Below, in pieces: positions 13,061-26,498 of a stretch of DNA of 64,000 nucleotides. The DNA comes from Stegostoma tigrinum. Taxonomy: Eukaryota. Below the pieces are notes generated by a model. That model was not told the origin of the DNA. It did no database searches and saw only the letters and a list, made by a program, of their open reading frames with translations. The stretch spans positions 14,783,097-14,847,096 of the forward strand of contig NC_081373.1 of the NCBI RefSeq assembly GCF_030684315.1, given 5' to 3'. The position numbers were made by a program, and so were the translations under genes. Every line of letters starts with the position of its first letter. Position 1 is the first letter of the stretch.

Positions 13061-13889
13061 ATAAGAAATAGGGGCAGAAGGTGTCCATTCAGCACCTTCA
13101 GCCAACTCCATGGTGAAATTTGAATTCAATAAATTCGGGAATTAAAAGATAGTCTACTAATGAACATATAGCCACTGATGATTGTCTTAGAAACCCAGCC
13201 AGTCCATTAATGTTCTTCCTGGAAGGAAATCTGCCATCCTTACCTGGTCTGGCCTGAATTTTCAAGATAGTGATGAGGTGGGGGGGGAGGGGGTCCAGTT
13301 GCTGAGCCCAGGTCTCACCCACTCCTATCGGCTTTATTTCTCTTCTTCTTCTTTCTCTTTTTGATTGTTCTCTTCTTTCCTTCATTATTTTTTCTCTTAA
13401 GCCTCACACCGCAGCAGCAGTATTGCCATATCGAGCTGGACATGGCTCCATCCTAGCCTGGTCAACAAGAAATGGTTCCTGGGCTGACCTCCCTAGCCTG
13501 GACTCGCAGGCTAGGCCAAGGCTCCCGGACCATAGCTAGGCCCAGTTCCTGAAGGAGGAGAAAAGTGGTCTCGACCCGGCATGGTGGTCTCCCTCTGTGG
13601 TGGTCTCCTTTTTTGGCCATCTCCCAGGGTGAGACTGTTGTCCTCTTGTGAATGTCTTGTCCCGGCAAAGGCTTCTGGCCTAGTATCCAGTAGCCTGGAG
13701 TCTGCAAGGTACTCCCTTGTTCCTAATCTAGCTTTCCCAAGCCCAGGAGTCATTAACTCAACTGTGATGAACTTTGCCCTAATTTTACCTTTTTTATTAT
13801 CTATGAAATTTGCCATTGTTGTAGATCCCATGGATGGGGCAACTTATTAAACTTTTCAGTGTATTTTTCGCAGCAATGTGGTTGAAATA

Positions 13890-14730
13890 GAGTCATAGAG
13901 TCACAGTGTGATAAAACAGGGAAACAGACCCTTCAGTTCAACCAGTCCATGCTGACCATAAACCCAAACTAAACTAGCCCCATCTGTGCTTGGCCCATAT
14001 CACTCTAAACATTTCTTATTCATGTACTTACCTAAATGCCTTTTAAACATTGTAACTGTACCCAGATCCATCACTTTCTCTGGCAGTTCATTCCACACAC
14101 GAATGAGTTTGCTGTGTAAAAAAATTGCCCCTCAAATCTTTTTTTAAATCTTTCTCTTTTCAACTTAAAAATACGCCCCTTAGTCTTGAAATTCCCTATC
14201 CTGAGGAAAGGACACTTGCCATTTACCTCATCTATACCCCGCATGATTTTAAAACTTCTAAAGGTTCACCCCTCAACCTCCTACGTTCTAGTGGAAAAGG
14301 TCCCAGCCTACTTATAACTCAAAACTTCCATTCCTGGCAACATTCTGGTAAATCTCTTCTAAGCCCCCTCCAGCTTAATAATTCCTTCCTATAGCAGGGA
14401 GACCAGAATTGGTCACAAAACTCAAGAAGAGGCCTCATCAACATCATGTACAACCTCAACATAAAGTCTCTACTCCTGTACTCAAAGGTCTGAGCAATGA
14501 ATGCAAGCGTGCTAAACGCCTTCTTCACCACCCTACCTGTATGCAACACAAACTTGAAAGAATTATGTACCTGGACCCCTAGATCTCTCTGTTCTACAAC
14601 ACTACCCAAGGCCCTACTTTTAATAGTATAAGTCATACCCTTGTTTGTTTTACCAAATTGCAATCCCCGCATTCATCCAAATTAAACTCCATCTGCCATT
14701 CTTTACTAGACTGACCCAAATGATCAAAAT
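13890..14730 (-). mobile_element. CR1-type LINE 3' fragment
   Basis: ORF 14319-14672 reads QRDLGVQVHNS...MLRLYMMLMRPLLEFCDQFWSP. Confidence 0.85.
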
Positions 14731-15217
14731 CAAATGGCCAAGCAAAAGTGCAGGGTTCAAGAGTAATAAGGGATGGGCTATAAAGGCTGACCCAGCCAGC
14801 AACGCCCATATCCCCTGAGTAAATAAAAAGAAAAATTCCTTGTCTAACACGAATCTATCTACCTGTACCTTAAAAATATTGAATGACCCTGCTTCCGCTG
14901 CCTTTTGACGCAGAGAATTCTGAAGTCACGCAACATACTGAGAGAAAAATGTCTCTTATCATCCCCGTCTTAAAAGAGTGACTCCAGATTTTTAAACAGT
15001 GCCTTCTGGTTCTGGTCTCACTCACACAAAGAAGCATCCACCTTGTCAAAACCATTCAGAATCGTCAATCATGTAATCCCCCGTTCTTCTAAATTCCAGT
15101 GGAAACAAACCCAGTCCGTCCATTATATCCTCATAACACAATCTGCTTATTCCAAATGTTAATCTCATAAACCTCCTTGTGCTCCCTCCAATGCAGCTAT
15201 AGTCTTCTTTAAATATG

Positions 15218-15670
15218 ATGTTGAGGTACCGGTGTTGGACTGGGGTGGACAGGGTCAGAAATCACACGATGCCAGGTTATAGTCCAACAGGTTTATTTGA
15301 AAACACAAGCTTTCAGAGTCTCAATCCTTCTTCAGGTGTTAGTGAGAGAGGTAGTATCAGACATAGAATTTATAAGTAAAAGATCAAAGGTTCCTGCCAT
15401 TGATGAGGATGTACTAAACAAACGTAAGATGCTGTTAAATCTTTAATCAGTTAGGAGGTCTTAATTGATTAATATATATTTCATATACATATACAATTAT
15501 TAATCTTAGCACTTTAGGTTTGCTTAGTACATCCCCATCAATGGTGTGAACCTTTGATCTTTTTACTTATAAATTCTGTGTCTAGCACCTGAAGAAGAAC
15601 TGAGGTTCCAAAAGCTCGTGTTTTCAAATAAACCTACTGGACTATAACCTGATATCGTGTGATTTCTGAA
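15218..15670. mobile_element. Palindromic Penelope-derived element (ttggactggggtggac family)
   Basis: The arms at 15255-15480 and 15495-15670 are reverse complements. The same terminal sequence occurs at about 4548-4750 and 34587-34878. Confidence 0.7.
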
Positions 15671-18479
15671 CTCCTTTAAATAAGCAGGCCAAAACTGCAC
15701 AATGTTCAAAATATGGTCTCACCAATACCGTTTATAATTGAAGCACAGGAATCTTACTTTAATGTCCAATTTCTTTTGTAATAGGAGACATAATTTTATT
15801 CACTTAAAACTTATTGTCCTTGCATGCTAATTTTTTGTAACTCATGCACATAACATGAAAATCCCTCTGTACTTCAGAATTCTGCAGTTGTTGTCTGTAT
15901 TACTTAAACATTATTTAAGTAATACTCTGCTTTTTCATTCTTCTCACCAAAGTGAGTTACTTCACATTTTCCCACATTACACTCCATCTGCCAGATATTT
16001 GACTACTAACTCAATCTACCTGTATCCATCTTCAATCTCTTTGTGTACACTTCACAACACACATTCCTACCTGTCCTTAATACATGTGCAAATTTAGCTA
16101 CTGTTTATCACTCTCCTCATTTAAATCATTGATATAAACAGTAAATGCAGATACTCCCAGACTGATTCCTGTGGGCTCATCATATCACAGACTGCCAATC
16201 AGGCAAAAACCCATTTATGCATATTCTGTTTTTTGACAGCCAATTTTCCATCCATGCTAATGTGTTATGCCTACACCATGAGATCATATTTAGCACAATA
16301 AACCTTTTACATGGAACCTTGTTAAATGCCTCTGGAAATCTAAGTACAGTACATCTACTGGTTCCCTTTTATCCACAATGCATGTTACTCCTTCAAAGGA
16401 CTCCAATAAATTGCATATACATAATTTCACTTTCACAAAACCATGTTGACTTTCCAGATTACCTTTGAATTTTCCTCAGTGCCCATCTATAACCTCCTTA
16501 ATGACAGATTCTAACAACATCCCCCATGACAGACATCAATTTAACTGGCCCATGGTTTCTTGTTTTCTACCTCAATTGAATATTTGCAACTTTAAAGTTT
16601 GATGGAACCTTTAGCACATTTTGGCAAATTAACTCTAACCCACTTACGACCATCTCCTTTGAGAGTCAGGGATAAAGTCTGTCTGGACTCAGAGAATTGT
16701 CAGCTCACAGCTCCGTTAGTTTGCTCAGCATCCCTCCCTTGTGATTGTAATTTCACCAAGTTTCTTTCTCCCAATGTACAGCTATTACTGGAATGTTTTT
16801 TGTATCCTCTATACTGAAGACAGAAGAAAAATATTTGATTTATACATAATTTCCTTATTTTCTACTATTAATATCCAATTTTCACTATCTAAGGATGAAT
16901 ACTGACTTTACTTACTCTTTTCCTTTATAAGTCCCAAACTGTTATGGGGACCTGTTATCGGGATTGAGTTGAGGTCAGCCATGGTTGTATTAAATGGTGC
17001 AGTAAGCTCGAGGGGCTGAATTGCCTACTCCTATTCGTATGCCACTGATTAAGTGGTTCATCAACAACAACCTTCATTTATAAAACTCTTCAACCTTAAT
17101 GAAAACATTCAGAGGCACTTCCTACCGGTTTTTAGCAAACAAGATGTGACACTAAAGTGCCACATATGGTGACTGAGCATCTTGAGGATGATAGAAAAAT
17201 GGGGGAGGGGAGAGGTTTTCGGGTGGAATTACAGGGCCCAGATAGCTGAAGTCATAGCTGCCATTGACGACATAGTTAAAATCAGGGAGGCACAAAAGGC
17301 CAGAGTTAGAGGATTGCAGATAACTTGGAGGAATGTGGACATGAAGGAAGTTATAGGAATGGGGTGACACAATAGGGGAATCTGATGAGATGAATATCAG
17401 AATTTTAAAAGCTTTCTTTAAGAAGCTCCTTAAAATCTACTTCTTTGACCAAACCATTGGTCACCTGTCCCAGTATCCCAGTATGTGGCTTTACCAAGTT
17501 TTGTTTAAAGCGCTTTTACAACAGTAAAAGCACAATAAAATGTAAGATGCTCTTTGAAAACTTCACATAAAAAAAGGTTATAATGGAATGGCGAGTGGGC
17601 TTAAGGGGCTGAAAGGCCTTCCTCAGTTACTGTGACTGGTTGAATTGCTGGTTGACACTCACATCTGAAGCTTGGACCATGATTCAATGTCTATTAACAT
17701 GAGTCACTGCAAGATAATCTGAGTGCGGGAGCTGTAAGTCACCGAGGGACAGAACAGCAGCACATGTGAAGGAAGGGTGTTAAAGCAGAGAAGAAAGAAA
17801 GATACACGCATTACTCCATCATTCCCTTGATGCAGATGTTTGATGCACTGATCAGCCATTGTGGGTTTAAGATTCAGTATTTATGATTGAATCTGGAGAC
17901 TGTATGGGAGTCACTCTCCAGCCCTGAGGTAGCGATGAGACTGAGTGAAATATTAATCCAAGTTTCAGATATTTCGCTCCCTCCTTTCCACAAGGAATTC
18001 TAGGGTGTATCCCATCTGGTCCAGGCTCCCTGTAGTCATTTTGTGCTTTCAGTTTCTTGTGTGACAGATGCTTTATTGACCTACACATATGTTATCAGAA
18101 TCCACAGCCAGCCTGACTCGATATGATGAATTCACATACCACATCTGCCATTTCCCAAAACCTCTCATTCCCACACAACTTTAATCCTTAAAGAACCTAG
18201 AGAGTGTTTTATAATCTAAAGATTTTCTATTCAGCAAGAACTCACTTTCTGCATTCTACTCTCTTTCAAACAAAAATATTTAGTTGTTTGAAACAAGGAA
18301 AAATAGAGTCAGAAACTCAGATTGATGGACAAAGTATTTGATACTTTAACCTGGAACAGTTTAATGGGGACAATATAAAGGGAGATTTACTCAGTATCCA
18401 GCCCCATGCCGGAATTGTCCTGGGAGGGTTTGAAGGGGGTGGAAGATCTATTCTGTATCTTCAGCCAATTTGATTCACT

Positions 18480-19560
18480 CCATGGCTGAAGATGCTGGAA
18501 ATTGCAAAGACCATAGGCCTTGCCAATATTCCAGCATGGGTACCGGAGGCATATGCTCCAAGAATTAGCTGCACCAGTTGTTCCAGAACAGCGACAACAT
18601 TGCTAACTACCCTGCAGTGTGGAAACTGTCCACAGAAAGCAGAAAAAATTCAGTTTTGCCAATTTCTGCCCTGTCAGTCATCCGTCAATCATCAGCAAAG
18701 TGATGGAAGATGTTATTGACCATTAACTGACTAATTTACTGACCAAAATTTGGCCACTGACATTCCAATTGGGTTACACCAGCTCCTGACCGCTTTACAG
18801 TTTTGGTCCAAACATGGACAAAAGAGTTGAACTTGACTGCCTTTGATTTCAAGATAACATTTAACTGGAGTGTAGCATAGAATAGCCACAGTAAAGTTGA
18901 AGTCAATGGGAATCAGGGGGAAATTTCTCCCCACTGGTTGGAATCATGCCTACCACAAAGGAAGATGGTTTTGGTTGTTGAAGGTCAATCATCTCAGCCA
19001 CAGAACATCTCTGCAGGAATTCCTCAGGGTAACGTCATTGACCAATAATCTTCAACTGCTTCATTAATGACCTGCCCTCTAAGGTACGATCAGAAATGGG
19101 GATGTTTGCTGATTGCACAATGATCAGCACCATTTGCAATCCAGTAGACAATGAAGTAGTCTACGTTTAAATGGAGCACGATCTGGGTAACATTAAGTTT
19201 TGGCCGATAAGTGTTAATTAACATTTCCTCTTATTGGACAAGCAATGACCGTCTCCAAGCAAGTGAGAATCTAACTTCAATAAACATCAATAAATTCACT
19301 GCCATCATTATTCTGGAGTTGCTACTAACCAGAAATTGAATTGAAACAGCCATGTGGAATTTGTGGTTACAAAAGCAGGTCAGATGCTGGGAATTCTGTG
19401 CTGGGTAACTCACCTCCTGTCTCCCCACAACCTGTCCAACATTTACAAGGCTCAAGTCAGAATTTGATGGAGTTTTCTCCACTTGCCTGGATGAATGCAG
19501 CTCCAACAACCCTCAAGAGACTTTACATCATCCAGGAAAATCCAACCTATTATTTAGCAT
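18480..19560 (+). mobile_element. CR1/L2-type LINE RT fragment
   Basis: AGIPQG.VI..IIFNCFINDLPS...GMFADC motif. Confidence 0.7.
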
Positions 19561-20135
19561 GGATAATGGATCATTAATGGATAAGAGAAGAGGGTAAGGA
19601 CTAATGATGCATTTTCAAGTTGGCAGACTCCAATTGGTTGACTGCCACAAGAATCAGCTATTTGCAATCTATACTAATCTATATCTATATTAAATAGTAA
19701 CATATCAAATTTGCTGATAATGGAAAGCTAGATGGCAGTGTGAACTGTGTACAGGATACAAAGAGCCTTCAAAGCGATAGAGACCTGTTAAGAGAGTGGG
19801 TAACTAGGCAGCAGATGGAATAGAATTTTTGGAAACGTGAAGTTATTCCATTTGTCCATGAGAAGAGAAAAGTAGACTTTTTTAAAAAAATGACTTTATT
19901 CCGAGATTTCAGGAGTACAGGAATAATGAAGTCATGCTAAAACTGCATGGGATTTTGGTGAGACCCACATCTGGAATACTCTGTGCAGTTTTGGTCTCCA
20001 TACTTAAGGAACGATACATTTGCCATGGAAGCAGCACAGTGACGGTTCACTGGATTGGCTCTTGGCACCAAGTGGTTGTTGTATGATGAGTCTATGCAAG
20101 TGAGAGTGATCTTATTGAAGCATACTAGATGCAAA

Positions 20136-20356
20136 AGGGATAACACAGAGTGGAGCTAGAGGATCACAGCAGGCCAGGCAGCATCAGAGGAGCAGAAAAG
20201 CTGACATTTCAAGTCGGGACCCTTCTTCATTTTCTGAAGAAGGGTCCCGACCCAAAACGTCAGCTTTCCTGTCCCTCTGATGCTGCCTGGCCTGCTGTGA
20301 TCCTCTAGCTCCACACTGTTATCTCTGAATCCAGCATCAGCAGTTCTTACTATCTC
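20136..20356. mobile_element. Short palindromic Penelope-derived element inserted in a CR1 fragment
   Basis: Inverted arms; flanking direct repeat ctagatgcaa. Confidence 0.75.
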
Positions 20357-20514
20357 TAGATGCAAGATCAACACTTGAGACATGGTTTCCCCTGTTTGAG
20401 GAATCCAAAACACTGGGGCACAGTCTCCAGGGCAGTTAGAGATAAGCAAGAAATTCTGGTCATGCTAGTGATGCCCACATCTCATGAATGCTTAATGAAA
20501 AGAGAGATAGAAAA

Positions 20515-21419
20515 GAGATAGTAGGAACTGCCAATGCTGGAGAATCTGAGATAACACGGTGTGAAGCTGGATGAACGCAGTGGGCCAAACAGCATCAGAG
20601 GAGCAGGAAAGCTTGATGTTTCGGGTCGGGACCCTTCTTCAGAAATGGGGGAGGGGAAGGGGATTCTGAAATAAATAGGGAGACGGGGGAGGCGGATAGA
20701 AGATGGATAAAGGAGAAGGTAGGGTGAGAGGAGACAGACAAGTCAAAGAGGCGGGTTTAGAGCCATATTGTTCACGACAGGGACGTGTAGTTGTTTGTTT
20801 GTTTGTCGCAACAACAAAAAACAAACAACTGCACCTCCCAATCATGAACCATTTCAATTCCCCCTCCCCACTCCTCAGACGACATGTCCATCCTGGGCTT
20901 CCTGCATTGCCACAATGATGCCACCCGAAAGATGCAGGAACAGCCCATCTCATATTTCGCTTGGGAACTCTGCAGCTCAAGGGTATCAATGTGAATTTCA
21001 CAAGCTTCAAAATCTCCCCTCCCTCGACCACATACCAAATCCAGCCCAGCTAGTCCCCACCTCCCTCACCATTCCTCCCACCTCAAGCCCCACCCCCACT
21101 CCCTACCCACTAACCTCATTCCGCCACCCTCCCCCCCGACCTGTCCGTCCTCCCTGGGCTGACCTATCCCCCACTAACTCCCCAACTACATTCACCTTCA
21201 CTGGCTCTAACCCCGCCTCTTTAACCTGTCTGTCTCCTCTCACCCTATCTTCTCCTTTATCCATCTTCTATCCGCCTCCCCCGTCTCCCTATTTATTTCA
21301 GAATCCCCTTCCCCTCCCCCATTTCTGAAGAAGGGTCCTGACCCAAAACGTCAACTTTCCTGCTCCTCTGATGCTGCTTGGCCCGCTGTGTTCATCCCGC
21401 TCTACACCGTGTTATATCA
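20515..21419 (+). mobile_element. Penelope-like element with GIY-YIG C-terminal fragment and inverted termini
   Basis: The plus strand reads NKQLHLPIMNHFNSP...IFRLGTLQLKGINVNF, the same family as 24979-26023. About 20540-20765 is inverted relative to about 21210-21419. Confidence 0.8.
20615..20642 (-). ncRNA. Minimal hammerhead ribozyme motif, second subfamily
   Basis: The reverse complement reads CTGAAGA-A-GGGT(CCCG)ACCC-GAAAC-ATC. The stem II sequence differs but pairing is kept. Confidence 0.55.
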
Positions 21420-21949
21420 GAGAAAGAAAAGAGTTGAGATGATAACAGGAGAGAAGGAAAGGTAATGGAGTAAAGAATGGCTGAAGGAAGTAAGTCCTTC
21501 TTAGAACGATGGAGTGAGGTGGTCTGATGTACATAACAAGAATATCAAATTCACTCTTTTGACTGCAATCTTTTTATTGCAATACCTAAGAATGTTTACT
21601 GACTGTTTTAGCTGAGACTGTTATAATGTAACAATCTCATAAGGGCTTAATGCACCATTGTCTTGAATCTTGAATGATTGAATCAGTCAGTTCTAGTTTG
21701 TAAGTAGATATCCTCTGTTGATGACCTGAAGGTATATGACAGCAGCAAAGTGAAGAATAAACCAGAGTGTTGGTGCCAGAACCTTCTTTGCCCCTACTGC
21801 GGATCTCAGTTTTTATGATGTTAGCCCACCATTGCATTTTCTTTTATTCATTCATGGGAACGTACATGTTGCCTGGCTGGGCAGACATTTATTGCCCACC
21901 CCTAATTTCCATTGAGTAAGTAGTGATGAGATGACCTCACTCATTATAT

Positions 21950-23170
21950 TGTCATGGGTCGATGGGATCACGATGAGGATCTTCATAGGGCTGTCAATTT
22001 TCTCAACCGGTAAAACAGTCTGACCCTGCTGACATGGTCAAATGCTTTGGTCAGATCCATGAAGGCAACATGTTATGGCTCCTTACTCAGACGACAGTTT
22101 TGTGCAGCTCTTGGACTGAAGATCATGTCAGTTGTGGAACTTGCAGTTCTGAAATGACACTGGCACTCGGGGTAGATGCATTCAGCCAGGGCCTGTAGTT
22201 TAATAAGGGCAACACAGGCAAATACTTTTCCAAGATGCTCAACAGGCACTTGCCTTGATAGTTGTTGCAATTATTACTGATATCCTTGTTCTTGCCAACC
22301 TTTGCATCAGGCTTATCCTACTAGCAGAGATATTGAAGTTTCTGCAAATCCTATGGAGTGCCAGTTTCCCACGTTTGATAATTGTGAAGATCTTCAGTAT
22401 GTAGAAGTGGTCACTGGGTAACAGCCTCCTGGGTGTCTATGCCCCTGTTACAAGGACACCTGAAAGTGAGATGTGAATATACCAGGCATTCACATTGACA
22501 ACTGGGAAATAGTTGCTGACAGCCATGAGTCCTGGAGGTGGACCATTTGGAAGTTACATTGGAAGAGATGAACAGCAAGTTTGACTGGCCAAGAAGAGGC
22601 CCCAGAGAAAGCAGAGTTGGCAGACAGTGCACCTTCTTCGCTCACTGTCATCCTCTGCAGCAAATGTGGCAGATCCTGCCAGGCCACAGTCAGCTCCTCA
22701 GCCACACGAGGTGACACTTAACCCTACAGATGCTCAGCATGGACTTATGATCGTCACTTTACGATGGAAAGTTGCACATGAGTTAGCTGAAACTCATGTT
22801 GGCTACACTGATGAGTTAACAGCTGAGAGCAGATAAAATAATTGAACACTGGAGTCCTTTACATACATGACAAACTCCTCTTTCTTTACTGATAAACATT
22901 CCAAACACTGTCTAGTTTTTTCCCTGCTGGTTGACTTTGAGCCACAAATGCTGCTTTTGACTTTACAGAAATGTCAGCAAACAACTTCCATTCCGTCACT
23001 ACAAGTGCAGCCATAAAGGTCTATCCTTTCTACACTCATTCAATCCACGGCACCTTACTGTCAATCTCCCATGGATTTAACACAGATAAAGGTCATTTTT
23101 TTAAATTGGAGAGGATTCTGAGAATGCATCAGGTAAGTGTCAGGAATAGTCCCAAACACATCAGCTAATT
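21950..23170 (-). mobile_element. Degraded RTE-clade LINE fragment
   Basis: LAECIYPECQCHFRTASSTTDMIFS matches the RTE RT motif PESQCGFR..RSTIDMIF. Confidence 0.7.
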
Positions 23171-23254
23171 TTGTTCTTTGCAATTATCAGGGATCTGATC
23201 GATTTACACTGTGTCTTACCCCATTCCCTCACTTTTTATCTTACTTTTTCTTCT

Positions 23255-23915
23255 TTTATTATGTCAAAATATACTTTATTTATAAAAATTCCTTATATAC
23301 ATACATTGTTAATAAAGCAGTTTGGTTCTGTACAGTAGCATATGATGAAATAAACAAACATAAAAAGAATGAAGTTTGACTGTATCCAGCAAACAAACCA
23401 AAGGCATTTCTTCCTTATACATAGTTATATTTACACTTATTTGAACGATTGGGAGGGTCAGATAACTGAACGGCCCCCATTTAACTTTGGCAGAAAGACC
23501 TCAGACAGTGGTCTTACCCCACTGTACCTTGGCAGCATCTGCCCCAAGCTTTAGTGCATCCCTCAGCACATAGTCCTGGACCTTGGGATGTGCCAGTCTG
23601 CAACAGTAAGTCAAAGTCAACTCCTTGGTCAGGAAGACCAACATGTTTTGGGTAGACCAAAGAGTCTTTCAATGCGTTGATGGTCCTCCAGGCACAGTCG
23701 ATATTTGTCTTGGTGTGTGCCCCAGGGAACAGGCTGCAGGGCACAGAGTCTTGCGACACAGAGCTGCACAGGACCAACCCCGACAAGAACTACTGCATCT
23801 TTCTCCAGACTTCCTTTCAAAAGGCACATTCCAGAAGAAGTTGTCAGACAATCTCTACTTCGTACACCACCACCCCCACCCCTACATCCACATTGATGGT
23901 AGCGTGTGGTGGCAT
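23255..23915 (-). mobile_element. Tx1/L1-clade non-LTR retrotransposon 3' fragment
   Basis: CAWRTINALKD...QDYVLRDALKLG resembles an ORF2 C-terminus, followed by AATAAA and an A-rich tail near 23255-23280. Confidence 0.65.
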
Positions 23916-24208
23916 AGAGTCTAGGTGTTATGGATGTGGGCATCTTTATGCTTCACTAATCACCCCTTGATTGACGTAACCCCCATTTCTGGGGGGAGTT
24001 CATTGTCAACCACACAACTGTGCAATTGCATGCTGGACTGGATGAGATTTCTCTAAAGGATATTAGTGAACCACGTGATTTTTAAAAATAGTAACTGATA
24101 ATAGTTTCATGGTCACAATTACTGAGGCTCGCTTTCAATGTCAGGTTTTATCATCTCAATTTAAATTCCACTAGCTGCCTTGCATATCTCAGATCATTAG
24201 CCTAACCT

Positions 24209-24484
24209 GGGGTGGCATGATGGCTCAGTGATCAGCACTGCTGCCTCACAGTGTCAGGGAGCGGGTTCAACCCCATCCTCGGGTGATTGTCTGTGTGGAG
24301 TTTGCACGTTACCCCCATGTCTGTGTAGATGCTCTGGTTTCCTCCCACAGTCCAAAGATGTGCAGGCTAAGCAGATTGGCAATGGAAAATGCAGAGTTAT
24401 CAGGGTAGGTGGGATGCTCTTCAGAGGGTTGATACGGACTCAAAGGGCTGAATGGACTGCTTTCACACTGTAGGGATTCTATGA
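24209..24484 (+). mobile_element. HE1-type SINE
   Basis: Same A/B box head and core as 9951-10290. Confidence 0.85.
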
Positions 24485-25042
24485 ATCATTGGGTAAGCAT
24501 GCTTGTGACATTACCAGGATGCTGCCAACAACCTAAAAGGATCCATAAAACATTCTGAAGCTTTAAAAACAAACATTCACAGGATGTGGGCAACTCTGGC
24601 TGGGCCAGTATTAAATGCCCATCCCTAATTGCCCAGAGGGCAGTTAAGAGTGAGCCACATTGCTGTGGATCTGGAGTCACATGTAGGCCAGGATGGGGCA
24701 GCTTCACTCCCTAAAGGGCATTAGAGAACCAGATGTGTTTTTCCTGACAATTGACAATGGATTCCATATTTGTACTGAAATAAAATTTCACTAACTGCCC
24801 TAGCAGCATTCGAAACCAGATCCCAACAACATTACAGCAGATTTCAGACTAACAGCCTAGTGACAATTCCACTAGGCCACTGCCTCACCAACACAAGGGC
24901 TGCAGTTAACATGCATCAATTACTGTTTGACAAATTCGCCAAGAATAGGACTGACTAATGAGAAGGCAAGATGAACAGGGTAATAAAATGTGAGGCTGGA
25001 TGAACACAGCAGGCCCAGCAGTATCTCAGGAGCACAAAAGCT

Positions 25043-25070
25043 GACGTTTCGGGCCTAGACCCTTCATCAG
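25043..25070 (-). ncRNA. Minimal hammerhead ribozyme motif (inverted copy)
   Basis: The reverse complement reads CTGATGAAGGGTCTAGGCCCGAAACGTC, identical to 25895-25922. Confidence 0.65.
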
Positions 25071-25894
25071 AGAGGGGGATGGGGTGAGGGTTCTGGAATA
25101 AATAGGGAGAGAGGGGGAGGCGGACCGAAGATGGAGAGAAAAGAAGATAGGTGGAGAGGAGAGTATAGGTGGGGAGGTAGGGAGGGGATAGGTCAGTCCA
25201 GGGAAGATGACAGGTCAAGGAGGTGGGATGAGGTAGGTAGGAAATGGAGGTGCGGCTTGGGGTGGGAGGAAGGGATGGGTGAGAGGAAGAACAGGTTAGG
25301 GAGGCAGAGACAGGTTGGACTGGTTTTGGGATGCAGTGGGTGGAGGGGAAGAGCTGGGCTGGTTGTGTGGTGCAGTGGGGGGAGGGGACGAACTGGGCTG
25401 GTTTTGGGATGCGGTGGGGGACGGGGAGATTTTGAAGCTGGTGAAGTCCACATTGATACCATTAGGCTGCAGGGTTCCCAAGCGGAATATGAGTTGCTAT
25501 TCCTGCAACCTTCGGGTGGCATCATTGTGGCACTGCAGGAGGCCCATGATGGACATGTCATCTAAAGAATGGGAGGGGGAGTGGAAATGGTTTGCGACTG
25601 GGAGGTGCAGTTGCTTATTGCAAACCGAGCGGAGGTGTTTTGCAAAGCGGTCCCCAAGCCTCCGCTTGGTTTCCCCAATGTAGAAGGAGCCACACCGGGT
25701 ACAATGGATGCACTATACCACATTGGCAGATGTGCAGGTGAACCTCTGCTTAATATGGAAAGTCATCTTGGGGCCTGGGATAGTGGTGAGGGAGGAGGTG
25801 TGGGGGCAAGTATAGCATTTCCTGCGGTTGCAGGGGAAGGTGCCGGGGTGGTGGGGTTGGAGGGCAGTCCAGAACCCTCACCCCATCCCCCTTT

Positions 25895-25922
25895 CTGATG
25901 AAGGGTCTAGGCCCGAAACGTC
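25895..25922 (+). ncRNA. Minimal hammerhead ribozyme motif in a Penelope terminal repeat
   Basis: CTGATGA-A-GGGT(CTAG)GCCC-GAAAC-GTC shows the conserved core CUGANGA...GAAA, stem II and a GUC cleavage triplet. Penelope-like elements are known to carry minimal HHRs. Confidence 0.65.
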
Positions 25923-26498
25923 AGCTTTTGTGCTCCTGAGATGCTGCTGGGCCTGCTGTGTTCATCCAGCCTCACATTTTATTATCTTGGATTCTCCAGC
26001 ATCTGCAGTTCCCATTAACACTGAGGCAAGATGAACAGTCAGGCTTTGTTGGTAGTGTTTATCGAGGGAGGTACTTTGGCCAAGACTGCTTTTATTCACA
26101 TAGTCCTAGCAAATAACTGCTTCCCTCTAAACAGCAGGTATGGTCTCATCTTATGTGGAAAATGCATACCTCTGACACACCTGCACTCCCTCAGTACTGC
26201 ACCGGAGCGTCAGCCCTAATGATGTGCTCAAGCCAACAGTCCAGAACTTCATATTTTGAAATGTGATTTCCCTTTATTGCTTTTCAGTTGCTTCAAAGAT
26301 CAGTGGAAGTTGCACAGTACTTGATTCAGAACTTTCGTTTTATATCTGCAAAGAGTTATTAAATTTTAAATGCGCACAGTTCATGCAAAGAAACACAATC
26401 TAGCCCACATTTAACAATGATGAAGATATTTGTTTCCATTTGTAATAGAATTTCAGCAAACAAAACTGACTGATTTTTCCACGGAGGTTTGGTCTTAC

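Larger units (their letters stand above)
24979..26023 (-). mobile_element. Penelope-like retroelement (Neptune-type), 5'-truncated, with GIY-YIG fragment, inverted terminal copies and 15-bp TSD
   Basis: The minus strand encodes CNRRKCYTCP...FTCTSANVV*CIHCTRCGSFYIGETKRRLGDRFAKH...LIFRLGTLQPNGINVDF. The termini are inverted copies of each other. TSD aggcaagatgaacag at 24964-24978 and 26024-26038. Confidence 0.88.
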
